Assembly: GCA_043228905.1 (NCBI GenBank)
Contig: JBHGNT010000003.1
Coordinates: forward strand, 20,274,001 to 20,338,000
DNA: 64,000 nucleotides
Direction of reading: 5' to 3'
DNA from: Azolla caroliniana
Taxonomy: Eukaryota; Plantae; Polypodiophyta
A program made the position numbers and the translations under genes. The notes beneath the pieces are model-generated. The model made no database searches. It saw only the letters and a list, made by a program, of their open reading frames with translations, and was not told the origin of the DNA. Position 1 is the first letter of the stretch. Each line of letters starts with the position of its first letter. Below are positions 1-12,459 of the stretch, piece after piece.

Positions 1-3000
1 GATTCAATGGTGGCACCAATGTATACACAATTTCATTTATTAATATAATGTTGTTCATCCCTATTACAAAGTTGCATGAAAAATGTGAGCATATGCACAT
101 GAAAAACATTTCTCATTGGTTGGTGTGCCTCATGAAAACTCATATTTATTCTTTGAGAGGCAAAGCATTTTTCCCAAACAAAACTGAGGTAAATAATGTA
201 ATTGCCTTGTCGAAAACATATTGAGAAAGAAACTCTCCTCCCAACCTTTGAATACACAAGCATTACCCATGTGCTAGCTTTATTCGTTGTGATCATATGT
301 AGGCAATCTCACCCTTTTAGAGAGGTTATATTTTAAACCATGGGCGTGAAGCTCATTGTGCATGTGTATGATTTCCATAATTATCTAACTTGCCTTGCCT
401 AGTGCTTACAAGAAAACAACATCTTATACCTCACAAATATGATAGTTTGTAGCAACTTGACCAAGAACTAGACAAATGGTAGTTATAAATCCTCTCATGA
501 CATGAAATTTTATTTCAATGGTGAGCTTTTGTGGTAGATTTCGAAAAGGTTATTTTTTTGAGGAGTTTGGGTTCTTCTTTGCATGAATCCTTCTAGAAGC
601 CAAACTCCTCAAAAAATTGATTAACATGTGAAAGGGTGAAAATAGAAACCCATGTTAATAAAAAATTTTGTTTGAGGTGTTTGGGTTCTTCTTTGCATGA
701 ATGCTCTAGAACCATTGAATTCTCGATGAGAACAACAAAGTTATAAATGTAAATAGAAAGAGGGTAGGTTACTACCACTTAAATTAATGAATGAGGTCAG
801 GCAAACTCCAAGATTAATGTTTTCCTATTGATTTCTTTTTGTAGACGTACCAAATATATAACACTTTATTTACTACTCAACGCATTTATGAACAACCTTT
901 GTAACTCATCCACAAATTGTTTTGGTAGAGAAATCTCTTAAAATGTATGTTTTATAAAATTGATAAGCATGTTTTTTGTTTCCATGGGCTTTATGATGAA
1001 ATCAAAGACATGTTTAAAATCCACCCCAATATTGATCGATACTAGCATAATTCAAAGGCTTTGTAGAAGTGGAAGCCACTTTCCCATACCTAAAAATCTA
1101 TCAAAAACATACACAATACACAAACATAGAGAGAAATGAAATGTCTTTTGTACACGTAAGTTAAAAGACAAGAATAACCTATGTTTCCAAAGGTACAATC
1201 ATTACTCGATATGATTTTTTGTGTGAGGGTATAGAGTCTAGACTCTAAGAGATATCTTTCGTCAAATACAAAACAAACATGTGTTTTAGTTTTTAGAACA
1301 TTATATTTCAGTTGAGAAACCCCAAGAAGATCCCGATAAGGCATGCATGAAAGTTTTCGGTAATTTATAAATCAGACTACCTTTTAAGGCATTGTCTAAC
1401 AAATAGGCAAGCGTAGGTTAAAGTATACTAGATAGGTTGGGAGAGCACCTAGGTGCATCTCAAAAGTACAAGGAAAGGACATATTGGAGCCATGACAAGA
1501 GTACAAAGAAAGGAAATGTAGTTGGATGGTGGTAGTGCAATGATGTTAGAGACCAAAGAGTTGAGACATATAAGAATACATTTATTAACAAGGAAGTGAC
1601 ATATTAGTCTTATGATTTGAATTGATCTACTAGTGAACTATGGGATATACAAGTCATGGCTTTGCATGCCACCAATACAACCTCCTATGGAACTTTACAA
1701 TCCATGGGTATAACTTTTGAGTTGTATGATATACAAAGCATAATTTGCATGGTAGCTTTAGAACCTCATTGCATACTAGTTATACAACCTCATAATAGAC
1801 TTGGCAATTTGCATAGTCTATAACGTTACAATCTCATGTGCTACTTGGTGCCCATGGCACCTTGCAACTGTCTCTTACTTTAAGCTCATAACTAAACTTA
1901 TAATTCAATATAACCTTCCATAACTCTCAATAGTGGTCCACATGCTTCCACTACCCTCCATTAACTTTCCATAAACTTCGATAAGCAAGTTGAAGCAAGT
2001 TACAAAATCTTAAGCACGAGTAAGATCCTTTGATGGTTCATAGATGTTGTAAGGTACTAGGGTTTTCCTTGGATCCCAACTCGATATGGTGATGATTGAT
2101 GTCATTTAAAAAGGGTGAATTTATCATAGCATTGTGGAACGAGTATATGGAATACATCATGAATGTGGTCTACTATTTCTACAAAAGGGCATAAACTTCG
2201 AGAACTATTATGAAGAGTTCTTGAGATCTTTGGAGTACAAGGACAAGGTTCTCTTTTGTAGTATTTGCTTGGGATGTTGGGGTTTGGATACTAAAGTTTG
2301 CAAGTATGTGACCTTCTAGGTTGATGATTAATTGGCAGTGTTGTATACAAAATCAGCAAGGACTAGGTTATGAGTCCAATCATCCTCTTGGTAGTCGAAT
2401 AGAGATGCAAGTGTTGCTCCAAATTTTGGTTTAACTTGTAGATATTTGTAGACAACTTGATTTTTTACCATGATGACTTCGAGGAATTTCCAAAAATGTG
2501 AGATAAATTGGACTCCTTGTCAAAGATATTGTGAGCTTGACCATGGAGCCCAATACAAGTCAAGCAATGGATGGTTCTTTCTCATTTTTGTTACACGAGA
2601 TTAAATGAATCACCTTGGTAAGATGTTCCACAACAATAACATTGACATCTCTTCCCTAAGTATCTAGTAAAGTGAAAGCCAAGTTTCTCTTGAGCGAACA
2701 ATAATCCGTCCACCATATCTTCGCACATGGGCACCATCACATGTATCATAAATTCATCAAATGTAGCCCTTAACAAATCTCCACATGTGAGGTCACTAGT
2801 GGTTCCTAATGCCTAGTTCTATGATTTTTTCAATGGTGAAGTGCCGAACATCGGAGATATCAAGATACTCCTAACAAACTGTAAGGCCAGGGATACCTGG
2901 TATGGTTGTCAAGTCGCCCTGAGTTAGGAGGCCCCAGTTTTTTTATTCCAACTCGTTCCAGCCATTCCAGAAGTCAGGGCCATTAAGCAATTCACAGAGA

Positions 3001-3530
3001 GATCTAAATCCTTATCAACAAAGTTGTAATATTGGAGATTGAAACATATTAGCTCATCAATACAAAAACCTCAATTGGAAAATTGAATATTTCAACTCAA
3101 CTCTACCATTTTAACCTGAGTGAAATGTTGAAGGCACATTTAAGACTCGTGATGGTGTACAACAATTGAACTCTTGTAGAGGGTTTTGGGCATCTTTCAA
3201 AAGCATTTAAGAACTTGAGATAAAGAAGAAGAGGAAGCGGAGACTGGTCTTTACTTTGAATTTCGACCCTATTCATAAGCACTACAAAACAATTGTTTCT
3301 AGAACCTCGCCTAACATTGTTATGAGACTAAGAAATGCATACAATCAATAAATATATGTTACCAAACCTTCTGGAAGCATTCCAATCAGCCAAGCCATAG
3401 TTATATAGTATGTACACATTCAGTGAACTCATCAATACCATGTTGCTGTAGATCTGTCTCTGCCATAGGATTCTAGCTTGGTTTCTTAACACTCAGTTAG
3501 CGATTCCATTTACCAATTTGATCTCCTTAA

Positions 3531-4346
3531 ATGAATACAAATTCTGCAGATCAGCTAGAAGTTATCAATAAGAAGAATGGCTCCTTGTTGACACCAACAG
3601 TAAGACAAGCGCAAGCAAGATCAGATCAGGTCGATTTCTTCGATGATGAAGCAAAATCTCAGCACATTCATCCTGTCAATATGGTGGCACATAAAGATGA
3701 GATGAGTAGAAACGACTTGCACAGTGAAAGAGGAAGAGGGTTTTTATCAAGGTTGAAGAGGAGTTTCACGTTAGGTTCAACTACATCTATGAGGAGATCA
3801 TTATCTCATGTAACTAAAACTAATAACAGTACCACAACTTCTACTCCTGTAGAGGAAAGGTTAGAAAGAAACTTTCTTGCACAGTTAAAACGTAGCTTTA
3901 CAGTGACTGGGGCCAGTGGAGGCTTGAGGAGGCACAGGAGATCATCGCTACTGGCGAACACTTCCATTACTAACAGCAATGGTAGAAGCCATGGCAGCGA
4001 CCACTCTAATACAATGAGGCCGACAGAAGTTTTGCGAAGTGCTAGCCAACGTGTTCAGAAGAGCACAGTAGCATTAATAAAGCCTCTGAAGAAGGTTCGA
4101 GACTCATATGTGAGTTGCATGATAGCAGTAGACAGCGACCCTCGCTTTGGAAGTGTCTCGAGTCTCCAGGGTCTCTCTTCCTCCTCTCAAGATTTATTTA
4201 ATCGACCTCCCATGTACCCACACTCCAAAGAAATTCATCGCAATGATCTCAGTAGGTTATGCGATTTGCCCACATTTCATTCAGACCAACAGATCCGCGA
4301 GGCTTTGTATAAAAGTAAACATTTTAATGAAGCGGTACCTGAGTAA
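3531..4346 (+). CDS. Ser/Arg-rich plant protein of unknown function, UCP031279-like C-terminal motif
   Basis: Intronless 271-aa ATG-to-TAA ORF. The motif ALIKPLKKVRDSYVSCM resembles, from recall, the P.R.L.KARD.YV.SM motif of plant UCP031279-type proteins. A decayed paralogous fragment lies at 19802-20174. Confidence 0.7.
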   Translation: MNTNSADQLEVINKKNGSLLTPTVRQAQARSDQVDFFDDEAKSQHIHPVNMVAHKDEMSRNDLHSERGRGFLSRLKRSFTLGSTTSMRRSLSHVTKTNNSTTTSTPVEERLERNFLAQLKRSFTVTGASGGLRRHRRSSLLANTSITNSNGRSHGSDHSNTMRPTEVLRSASQRVQKSTVALIKPLKKVRDSYVSCMIAVDSDPRFGSVSSLQGLSSSSQDLFNRPPMYPHSKEIHRNDLSRLCDLPTFHSDQQIREALYKSKHFNEAVPE

Positions 4347-4662
4347 TTCAAAAGATGAAAAATCATATTCTTTTTCTAATTTCCTCTTGGATTCTTTCTT
4401 GTTGCAAATCTCTACTTATGTACAACATACCTGTACCAAGAGTATTCGTAGTATGATTGTGTTTCTTGCACCAATTTCTCAATAACTAAGATATAGAGTT
4501 TAGATAACATAACACTTTGGGCATTTGAAAAACACTTAACACTTGCTTACATCCGCAGTTAAGCACAAAAATACATCATGAGCTATATATATACCATTAA
4601 CGTAAGTATTACTATAAATCATAGCAATAGAGTTCAAACAAAGTTCTCCAGCTACAAAGCAT

Positions 4663-4867
4663 GACGAGCCTTTCAGCATATAATCAATAGATTATAGATG
4701 TTTACATCGACAAATACCATTTCATTCCCAAAGGCTAGGCTAAGACTCCTGCTTTAAGGAATTGCGACGAGCCTTTCAGCATATAATCAATAGATTATAG
4801 ATGTTTACATCGACAAATACCATTTCATTCCCAAAGGTTAGTCTAAGACTCCTGCTTTAAGGAATTG
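4663..4867. repeat. 103-bp tandem duplication, 2 copies, covering the stop and 3' flank of the TOG pseudogene
   Basis: GACGAGCCTTTCAGCATA...TTAAGGAATTG starts at 4663 and at 4766; the paralogous region near 20500-20600 has one copy. Confidence 0.9.
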
Positions 4868-6616
4868 TGGTTAGCTTAAGAACAGTTTGAGCAAAACTTG
4901 AACACAATTGTAAGTTGCAAAACTGCGGCCAAACTACTTGACCCACAGAAGAAGAAGAAGAATCTTCTTGTTTGTAATGATGATATGCTGCATATAATTC
5001 TTCAACAATCTTTCTTGCAGACTCTCTAGCCTCTGGAAGTTTTTCATTGATATGAGACCCAGCCATCTGAAGAAGAGGCTCAAACCCATATTCTCTCAAT
5101 CTTTCATGTCCCTGTCGATAATTGACCATAAACGTTTGATATGAGGAAAACAAAACGTTGATTGGTTTGACATATTAGAACAGAAATTAACATAGGTACT
5201 GAAATCTTACTTTAATCTATTAAGACCATCATGTATGGCATGATTAGGAAAGACGAATTTTAATTTAAGTGAACATGCATATACAAAGGCTGATATAGCT
5301 AAATAGACAGAAATGAGATTGAAATGTATTCTGAACTTACACCATAGATAAGCGATTGAGATTTATTCTGAACACTTACTAGTTTTGATACACAACGATA
5401 TAGACAGGACGCAGCCTCGCCATGAACCATAGGGTTAATATGTGAAACGTACGGCCTTAACACATTCCATCATAACCTGCAAAGTCTTCTCGGCTTCTTC
5501 ACATACAAACTTCTTGTCCTGAGAAGCCTTTAACAAAAGTTGCAGAAGCTGAAGTCAAAAGAAAAGTGAGAATAATTTTTGTCAGTTTACACTTGCACAA
5601 ATCAAATCCTCGACCAGTTCACAATGAAACGGTTCAAAAACAGTGGAAGTCATGCAAGTAAACTGTCTAATCAGGTTAAACTTAACAAATAATTTTCTCA
5701 ACCATTTCTCAACAAAACTACAACAAGATCGTTACCATTTGCTCTTGCAACAAGGTGATCATCGAATCTGGGTACGCATTCAATAGATCTGCACACGCCA
5801 TTACAGCTGTTTTGCACAAATCGCTTCGTCAGCAAGTTCAGCAATATACACCACGTAAGAGAGAAAGACTGATTATTGCATTCTTGATTTCTTTCTTGGG
5901 AGAAAGAAAACATTTTTCTTTGATCGAACACTTTACTTCTTCTAAAATGAAAACTGCAACACAAAATCGAAAGTAAAACCAGAGTCTAATATGTCTTCGT
6001 TTTCTTGAAGAAGGCAGAATACAAAGTAGTAACGATAATGCAAGGAACCATAGAGAGATATAAATTATTCTTCTTTACGATGAAGATTAATATAACAGTA
6101 ACCAGCACAGATAGAAAGGTATGATATAAGAGAAACAATACATAACAGGGTCTGGCATAAGCATAAGCATTCTTGAATTCTCAAATAAAATGGCATCACA
6201 AGAATCAGCATAAAGACACACAGGCACTGAACAAGAGAATCCGGATGATATATACACAATTGCCGCATGCTAGTTATGGCTTCACGAACGATCAACCAGG
6301 TTTTTGAATCCAAACGTTCTGGCAGAATCTAAAAAATTAAAGAGAATAAAATTCTAGCTAATGTCAGATGTTTTTATGGTTCCTTGATATCATCGTTCTG
6401 ATGTCTTCGTTTTGTCAGAGGATCTTTTTGAAGATAAAAAGAATGAACGAAGAAAACACAAAGAAGAAAGAGCTTTATACTGAGAGCGCTATCACTGTCG
6501 GACAAATTTTGAAGATCTCCTGATAGAGCATATTTTACTTCTGCACAATAAGAATCTTCTTCAGGACAAGGAATATGAAGGAGCGCCTGAGCTTTTAACA
6601 TTAGTCATGCTAGGGC
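4857..6616 (-). pseudogene. Degenerate copy of the TOG/CLASP_N ARM-repeat gene
   Basis: Colinear with 20594-22325. It lacks ~460 bp including the ATG (junction ~6616), lacks ~45 bp across the exon 3 acceptor (~5830), and has a 26-bp frameshifting deletion in exon 4 (~5460). Confidence 0.85.
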
Positions 6617-6889
6617 TTATTTGGCTATGGCTATGGCTTATTTGGCTATGGCTATGTGGTTGGGCGGGAAGTCCTAGCGTGCAAAGAAAGGAAGAGAGAA
6701 ATTTAAACATCCTTCATTTTCATTTCTTCTTAATTCCAAATGAAATCTTGTTTTGTGTTTGTTTGTTTTTATACCCCCCGGCGATCTTCCCGTAAGTTCT
6801 GGTTAGTTCCGGACACACTCTCCACCGGCATGACATAATTTGGTTGTGCTCTTACCAACCAATGCACGGCTCGAGAAACAAGAGTAGCG

Positions 6890-9030
6890 ATTTGAACAAA
6901 TGTGGCATGCTATGAAGCGCAAGCGATGCCCAATGAAAACCTATGGTCCTACACCAAAGACACAAAGAAATAAATTTGATTTTCATATACTTATCAAATG
7001 CATGACTTGTTTAGTGACCCCCCTTGATCTAGAAAAGACTTACATACCCATGTTTAGAAGTACTAATAATGGGAAGGCCATGAGCCTATGGATTTACCTT
7101 ACCATTTATTATGGTCATTGCTCATTTGAGCAAGTCATCTCATCTTTCAAACTTTGATAAATGTAAGTATCTTATTAAAGAGCATCGCTTACTTTGCATA
7201 GCCATGAATTTATTGTTACAACATCACTTTAAGAGGTCAATTAGCAGTATGTGATTATCATGATCTACGAGTTAGAACTCCAGTACATAAACATGCCATT
7301 GATAAATGAAATGCAAGTCATGAGCATCAACGTCTTACCCCACAAAACACGCAATGTGGATCACCGCCCATTTTCGGCCCTACCAAGACCAACTTAGTGG
7401 TTTACAACTCATCCATGGACAACCACACTCAATGGTTCCGATGCCCTTGCTCTCAACTTCATTTGGTGACTAGAAGACAATCATGGATGTTGTACACAAG
7501 TTATATGACTTGTTTTTTAAAGGAGCCTATATTTTCTCATGCATTTTTCAATAAATCAGTGAATTGTACACATTTTTTATGTATCCCTGTAGCATACAAT
7601 ACATAGTCTTTGTACTAGATATGATATTAGAGCATGCATTCATTGGTGGCCAAGAATAGAGCCTTTCCTATAAATCCCCTCTCTCTCTCTAATCAAATGG
7701 TAATAATGTTATACCATGACGGATGTACATGAATCAAATCTATTGGCATAAACATTAAGCTGAGACCTTCTTCTAGACTGTTTGCAAGAGCTAGATCCAT
7801 TCAAGAGGTCATCATAATCATCATGGTTAGTGATCGAGTATTTATAATGGACTCACTGAGACTTCACCTTAGACCATAGGTTGCTCCTAGACAAGCAAGT
7901 TGTCACATATTAACCCCACGGACTTGCCATGCTCATCTAGGGTGTTTCACATTGTTCATGCGAGGATTTCTAATGTTCTTATGTGATCTCACGCCATAGA
8001 TTTCTCCTAAACAAGGAAGTTGATACCCTCGCCATTCTCATCTAAGGTGTTTCACATTGTTCATGCGATGATTTCAAGGTTTCTTATGCGATCACACGCC
8101 ATAGATTTCTCCTAAACAAGTTGACACCGTGTTGGCCCCATGGACTAGCCATGGCTCTCTCATTGTTTTTCACGTTCATTATCCACATGACAATTTCAAG
8201 TGTTCAGGTGTAAGAAAATAAATAAATAATGGCATCAAAGAGTACGAATAACACGTGTTGGTGAAAGGGTGATGAACCATCTATAATAGATCTTCGAAGA
8301 TCTTGAATTCCATGCTATTGTAAGAAAGGGCCATGGTCTTCGAAGATCTTGAATTCCATCATTATTCTACTTTGCAATAGTCACATTGAAGGAAAAGGTT
8401 ATGTTCAACGCCAATAGTCTACTATGAGGTTTAAATTTTCTACATAAAATATATGAGACATTACTTAAAGATCCATACAAAAGTTTATGGCTTGATGAGA
8501 TCATGGTAGATGCTCCCAAAACCTAAAAAGTGCAAAAGAAATCAAACAACGTACTTACAGAAATATGTATGGGAATGTGTACGACTTCTCACGCCATAGA
8601 TTTCTCCCAAACAAGGAAGTTGACACCCTATTGTTGGCCCCATGGACTAGCCATGGACCTCTCATTGTTTTTCACATCCATTATCTATGGGACAAATTCA
8701 AGTGTTCAAATGTAAGAAAATAAATAAACAATGACATTAGAGAGTACGAATAACACATGTTGGTGATAGGATGATGAACCAACCATCTATAATCACTTAC
8801 TAGTGTGCGTAGAAAGGGCAATGTTATTCGAAGATATTGAATTCCATCATTTTTCTAAGTTTCAATAGTCATTGTGAAGGAAAAGGTTATTTTAAAGGTC
8901 AATAGTCTTCTATGAGGTCTCACATCTCTACATCAAATAGAGGAGACATTATTTAAAGATCCATACAAAATTTCTTGGTTTGATGAGGTCGTGGCAGATA
9001 CTCCCAATTTCCAAAACCTAAAAAGTGCAG
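6890..9030. repeat. Non-coding repeat module with internal subrepeats
   Basis: The subrepeat CCATAGATTTCTCCTAAACAAG...CCCATGGACTAGCCATGG recurs near 7880, 7995, 8100 and 8595. 8160-8530 resembles 8660-9030. Related copies lie at ~23050-25170, ~27035-27220 and ~33350-33750. Confidence 0.7.
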
Positions 9031-9793
9031 AAGAAATAAAAGAACGTATTTGCGGAAATAGGAAGTAATATTGAGCTTTGTTCGTGCATAGGCTTATTGA
9101 AAGCAAGAGAGAGTTAAACTGTAGAGCATTCCACAAGGGTAAGACCTCCTCGGAAGATACAAGGTTTTGTGAGACTAATCTTGAGCCATCATTCCAACAC
9201 GATTACATTCATTTAGTGTGTATTTTGAAAGGCTTGTCAGAGTGTTTTTTCTCAAGGAAGGATAAACTCTCTCAAAACAAAAGCTCTTCAAAAACCATAA
9301 AGCTCAACAAAAGGTGAATGTTGTAAGAACATGTGGTAAAACATAGAGACTAACACTTACATAGAAAGGCAAGGAAAGAAAAATCAATCACGACCTAAGA
9401 GGCTCTATGAACAATCCAGGAGAAGCTCTTACACGAGTCATAGTAGATGTTAACAAATTCGATTCATTTACACACACATGTCATTGTATAACATTATTAA
9501 TGATGTGTTCGAATTTGATCCATCATTTCTTCGTGATGGATTAGATCCATTTAGATAGTTCATTGTTGTAGGAACGGCTCCGTTTGTGTCAAGGATACCC
9601 ATGAAGTGTACGGCTCTAGTAATATCGCAAGCCAGAGAGAAGGATATATAAAAAACAATTGCATAACATGACTCACTCAACTGATGTATTGAAATATGCA
9701 CAATAAATGGCAGGTCCCTTTTTAGATTTAGTTGAGTCACACTACTTGTGGAGTGTTAACATCAAGAGTGTGTTGATGCTAGTCTAGTCTAGT

Positions 9794-11662
9794 CTAGTCG
9801 CCGAACAAAGACGAGAGGGACGGCATCGGAGGCGTGGAGGGTTGTGGTTGTTCGTGGACAAGCTGCCAACCACTGAGTTGGTCTTGGCAGGGCCGAACAT
9901 GGGTAGTGAGCCACGTGGTGTGTTGGGGTGAGAGGGTGGAAGACTTGACACATCTAAGGCGTACGGGATAGTGTGTGCATGGCTCCATGGAGTGGCCAAG
10001 GGAGCACCCTAAATGTTGGTCCGAGGAGGACGCGTCTTGCTTATGTACGTGTAGGATATAAGGGTGGGCACCCGCGAGGCCTTGCGCGATGTAGCCGAAC
10101 GTGGAAAAGGCGCTCGTGGCCAACGTGTCGCTGAAGCTGAGGAGCCACATCTCGGCTAATGCCATGTGGACCTCGTCCACGGAGTTGGCCTGGCGTGTCA
10201 TCTCGGACGGCGTGTGGACGCGCACCGAGCGGCCGTCGGACGTGGCGTGCTGGGTGTACCTCCACCCGAGCTCCCTCGCGTACGCGCCTTGAAGGGCGGC
10301 CACGAGGACGGCCACATCAACGGGGCGAGCAAGGCCATCACTTACTAGATCGTTGGTATTAGAGGTAGTTGCTTGCGATAGGGTAGTGAGGTTGGGCAAT
10401 ATGTTGTTGGTCACGAGGCACTTCTCTAGTTTCTGGTAGGCCGAGGGGTCGTAGGCGGCCAGGTCTTTGTAGCCGTGGAGTCGCACCTGGACGCCTACCC
10501 GGACACGGGCATCGGCCAGGTAAGCAACGTAATGGCGCTTCACGATGGCCCATATGGGGTTGGACGGGAGAAGCAACCTCCTGCCCAGGATGGTAAAGAC
10601 AGAGGAGGAGGAGGAGGAGGAGGAGGAGGAGTTTACCACAATAGGAATGTCCCTCTGCTTCTCACCATCACCATCACCATCACCATCACCAGATTCGCCA
10701 CCCATGGGGAACATGGAATTGAGCTTCTGGAAGAACATGGGCATCATGAACAGCTCTGTCACGTAGTACTGATTGCTACTCCATCCCACCCACTTGGCTC
10801 CCCTCGCCATCGCTGCCTGCGTCTCCTCGCAGAAGAACCTCTCGTCCCCTCCTCTCCTCACATGATTCAAGTTCAGCTTCACAGCCCATGGAGGTGGTGG
10901 TGCTGGTGGTGGTGGCAGTGCTGGCCATGAAGATGATTGTGAAGAAGAAGAAGAAGAAGAAGAAGAAGAAGGATTGGTGGCATCCCATAGGTGGATGTCC
11001 GTATCTGCCAAGCTGGGGCTCCTCTCCATCTCTGCATAAGGGAAGGACTCTGGTAGGATCCAGCTGGATCCTTCGAATGGCTCGCAGAGGAGATCGCGCA
11101 GATCCTTCGTCGCCTTGATGAGGAGCACTCGGTCGGTGAGGAGCGCGTACGTGAATGCGGTGACGAGGGACAGTAATCGGTTACCGAGGCCCGCGTGGTT
11201 CTCTAGATAGATCAGGTATTGGCATGATCCACCTCCATGGGCATGGGCATGGGCATGAGGATGTGTTGCCATCTCCTCCGATTGGTAGGAGAAGAAGAGG
11301 GAGCTGAGGTTCTTGCCCACAGTGCATGCCTTGTGCAGGTCCTGGTACCTGTCCCAAGCCGCCAGGAATTCAGGCGTGAGCGTGGTTTCCCTGCGATGGG
11401 CAGGGAAGAAATGGGCATGCTCCGACCTACTCACACAGCCTGGGTCTGCGCCATTAACCATGGGAGCCTGACCATTCTGTTGGGGGCTGTTACTACTACC
11501 ACTACTACGGAGAATGCTGTCACGGATGGAATGAGGGTTTGTTATGTTATAAGGGTGGCAGGTCAAAGGCTGCTGCAGGAAGGTAATGGATAAGAAAAGT
11601 GAGATGGCTATGGCAAACATGGCGAACAAGAGGAGGAAGAAGACAGAGCAGGCAGCGGCCAT
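9794..11662 (-). CDS. GT37 xyloglucan/galactoside alpha-1,2-fucosyltransferase family protein
   Basis: N-terminal TM anchor and GT37 motifs AGLGNRLLSLVTAFTYALLTDRVLL, LLCEPF, VGVQVR, AEMWLLSFSD..TSAFSTFGY and SMEPC. The ORF-track start at 11683 is TTG; the first ATG is at 11662. An upstream exon cannot be excluded. Confidence 0.93.
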   Translation of the reverse strand: MAAACSVFFLLLFAMFAIAISLFLSITFLQQPLTCHPYNITNPHSIRDSILRSSGSSNSPQQNGQAPMVNGADPGCVSRSEHAHFFPAHRRETTLTPEFLAAWDRYQDLHKACTVGKNLSSLFFSYQSEEMATHPHAHAHAHGGGSCQYLIYLENHAGLGNRLLSLVTAFTYALLTDRVLLIKATKDLRDLLCEPFEGSSWILPESFPYAEMERSPSLADTDIHLWDATNPSSSSSSSSSSQSSSWPALPPPPAPPPPWAVKLNLNHVRRGGDERFFCEETQAAMARGAKWVGWSSNQYYVTELFMMPMFFQKLNSMFPMGGESGDGDGDGDGEKQRDIPIVVNSSSSSSSSSSVFTILGRRLLLPSNPIWAIVKRHYVAYLADARVRVGVQVRLHGYKDLAAYDPSAYQKLEKCLVTNNILPNLTTLSQATTSNTNDLVSDGLARPVDVAVLVAALQGAYARELGWRYTQHATSDGRSVRVHTPSEMTRQANSVDEVHMALAEMWLLSFSDTLATSAFSTFGYIAQGLAGAHPYILHVHKQDASSSDQHLGCSLGHSMEPCTHYPVRLRCVKSSTLSPQHTTWLTTHVRPCQDQLSGWQLVHEQPQPSTPPMPSLSSLFGD

Positions 11663-12053
11663 TAAAGGAGGAGGTTGGATCAAGAAGAATCTCTAGGGCT
11701 CACTCAGGCTATATCTGCCTGTGAATTGCTTCATACAAATAAATGATTGCTGCCAGGCTTTTCTAATTATAATGTGTGTATCTGACTGAAGAAGAATTTT
11801 GATTGAGCAGCAGAAAAACTGAGCGAGATCTTACCACTTGTTCCCCCCTAATGGGAATTTTGGAGAGCATGAAAAACCACAAAGGTGCCCAAATGAAGAG
11901 TACCATTATTTATTCATGTTATGTATTTATATTTATGAAATCCCAAATGGACCATGAACCCATCATCCATGTCTCTTCTTTCTTTGTGTTTTGCGCCACG
12001 TTCCTGTTCTCCCCCACGTTCTTTGTTTTTTTTTTGTTTTTTTTTTGTTTTTT

Positions 12054-12055
<2 letters not shown>

Positions 12056-12113
<58 letters not shown>
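12056..12113. repeat. (GT)n microsatellite
   Basis: Pure GT run, read directly. Confidence 0.98.
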
Positions 12114-12117
<4 letters not shown>

Positions 12118-12459
12118 TGTCCCAAAGTAGTGTGTGTCTCGGCCAAAAAGGGGTGTCCAAATCTAATTTCTAAGCACACACAACCCACTGAAATGAAATC
12201 GTTTTCTTTTTCCCTTTAAAGCTCCGTCCTCCATTCTAATTATATACATATAATGGGATTGAAAATTCAAACACCTACATTGTATTTAGACTTACACCAA
12301 TCTCGCAAAATCAAAATTATCGACAATCTCAAAGATCCAAAATTTCTTCACTCTCGCTATGGAATCACTAAACCATCAAGTTTACAACAAACTCGGCTTC
12401 AACGAGGAAAACATTTTTACCATACAACCCGGTAGCAAAAGGAAATCGGCATCTCAAGT

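Noticed and set aside
1-2900. Possible decayed transposon coding sequence (similarly 34180-35330, 54700-56300, 59100-60550 and 62750-63200)
   Set aside because: Short stop-ridden ORFs with no motif I could assign to a family.
7880-8650. Spaced repeats as a CRISPR-like array
   Set aside because: Eukaryotic context, irregular degenerate units, non-unique spacers and no cas genes.
10041-11593. Many short alternative-frame and antisense ORFs within the GT37 genes (likewise 30421-32431)
   Set aside because: Expected by-products of GC-rich coding sequence; no recognisable motifs.
11803-12219. CVCVCV and HTHTHT ORFs
   Set aside because: Translations of the (GT)n microsatellite.
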